From: Marsupella aquatica
Taxonomy: Eukaryota; Plantae; Marchantiophyta
Assembly (NCBI GenBank): GCA_973895155.1
Contig: OZ316894.1
Location: 3,186,944 to 3,250,943, forward strand
Length of the DNA: 64,000 nucleotides
Direction of reading: 5' to 3'
Shown here: positions 63,151 through 64,000 of the stretch, piece by piece
Layout of the letters: each line of letters starts with the position of its first letter
Numbering within the stretch: position 1 is the stretch's first letter
Translations under genes and position numbers: made by a program
Notes under the pieces: model-generated
Told to the model about the DNA's origin: nothing
Seen by the model: the letters and a program-made list of their open reading frames with translations, nothing else
Databases searched by the model: none

Positions 63151-64000
63151 TGGGCCCCTTAACTACCTGATCAAATCTCTTTCTTGCCAACTGCAGCGTC
63201 AGAAATGATCACAGCTGTGCCATTCCTTCTGGCAAACGTTCCTTGCGTCCATTGCGTCCCGTCGATGAAGTTGATTGCCACTCCTGAAGACGACACCTAC
63301 TGTAGTTGCAGCAGTAGTCGGGTCCCGTTCCTTGCCTGTTCGTGGATGATGTTGATCAAACACAACACAGTGCCCCCACCACCCCATACTAGATGCTCTG
63401 CATACTCACAATGCCCTCCACGTCGACCGAGGAAAAGACCGTTGTCGTCTTCCCACCAGTTAGAACCAACAAGCTCGCTGCGCTGTATCTCGGTACTCAA
63501 CTCCAACTAATTCCAGCGACGGAGGGCCCATTTCCCTTCTACTCTAGGATGAATGCATGTCGAGAAACAACACCAACATCTCCTTCTGACAGTGAATGTC
63601 GTGAGGTAAGGATTCGATCAGCGTTCGTTCTTCGAGAACAATTTCACGGAAAAATGACAATAAAATCGTTCGCAGAAGGTAGAGACCTAGTCAATCGGAG
63701 GTAAGGAATCGTTCACTGCCTCGTTTTGAATGGACAAATCTATCCCTGCCTATCTCTCTCAGCCAACTACGCTATCTTCCATGAACGAGGAGGGCCCTCC
63801 CTTGTCCGAGACGAGCACCAGCGATGTTTCAAAGGCAACTCCGTGTCACCCTCTCCAACTGGAAACGTGCATCAGATAAAAAAAAGTAACAAGCACTCGA
63901 GAAGTAGAATCTAATCCATGCCGAGTTCCCACCTCAGCTCAGCTCAGCTTCGCCGGTGGTGGTCGAAAAGTAGCTCCGACTCCGCTCTTCAAAGAGGATC

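Overview
Eukaryotic nuclear DNA from a land plant, most likely a non-seed plant such as a liverwort or other bryophyte (inferred from gene families, GT-AG introns and TE content; the species cannot be determined). Four protein-coding genes can be built by hand: (1) an LRR-VIII-1-type receptor-like kinase whose whole CDS is one exon (12405-15344, +); (2) a 5-exon type II membrane glycosyltransferase with FUT8/GT23 (alpha-1,6-fucosyltransferase-like) motifs (20360-24123, +), followed by an internally deleted pseudogene copy; (3) a 6-exon UBC4/5/6 (UBE2H-like) E2 enzyme (30451-33612, +); (4) a ~1070-aa coiled-coil protein of unknown family (63150-57821, -). Intergenic space holds a full-length but decayed Ty1/copia element with 5-bp TSD, a solo LTR of the same family in the opposite orientation, several copies of CRE-like non-LTR retrotransposons with a restriction-like endonuclease, an L1 zf-RVT remnant, short TSD-flanked retroposed inserts, small TIR elements and many 2-3-copy tandem duplications. 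The best leads are the FUT8-like enzyme, the intronless LRR-VIII-1 kinase and the dispersed CRE-like elements. I found no convincing multi-gene novel system, CRISPR array or RNA gene. All exon models and family calls come from manual reading and motif recall, not database searches.
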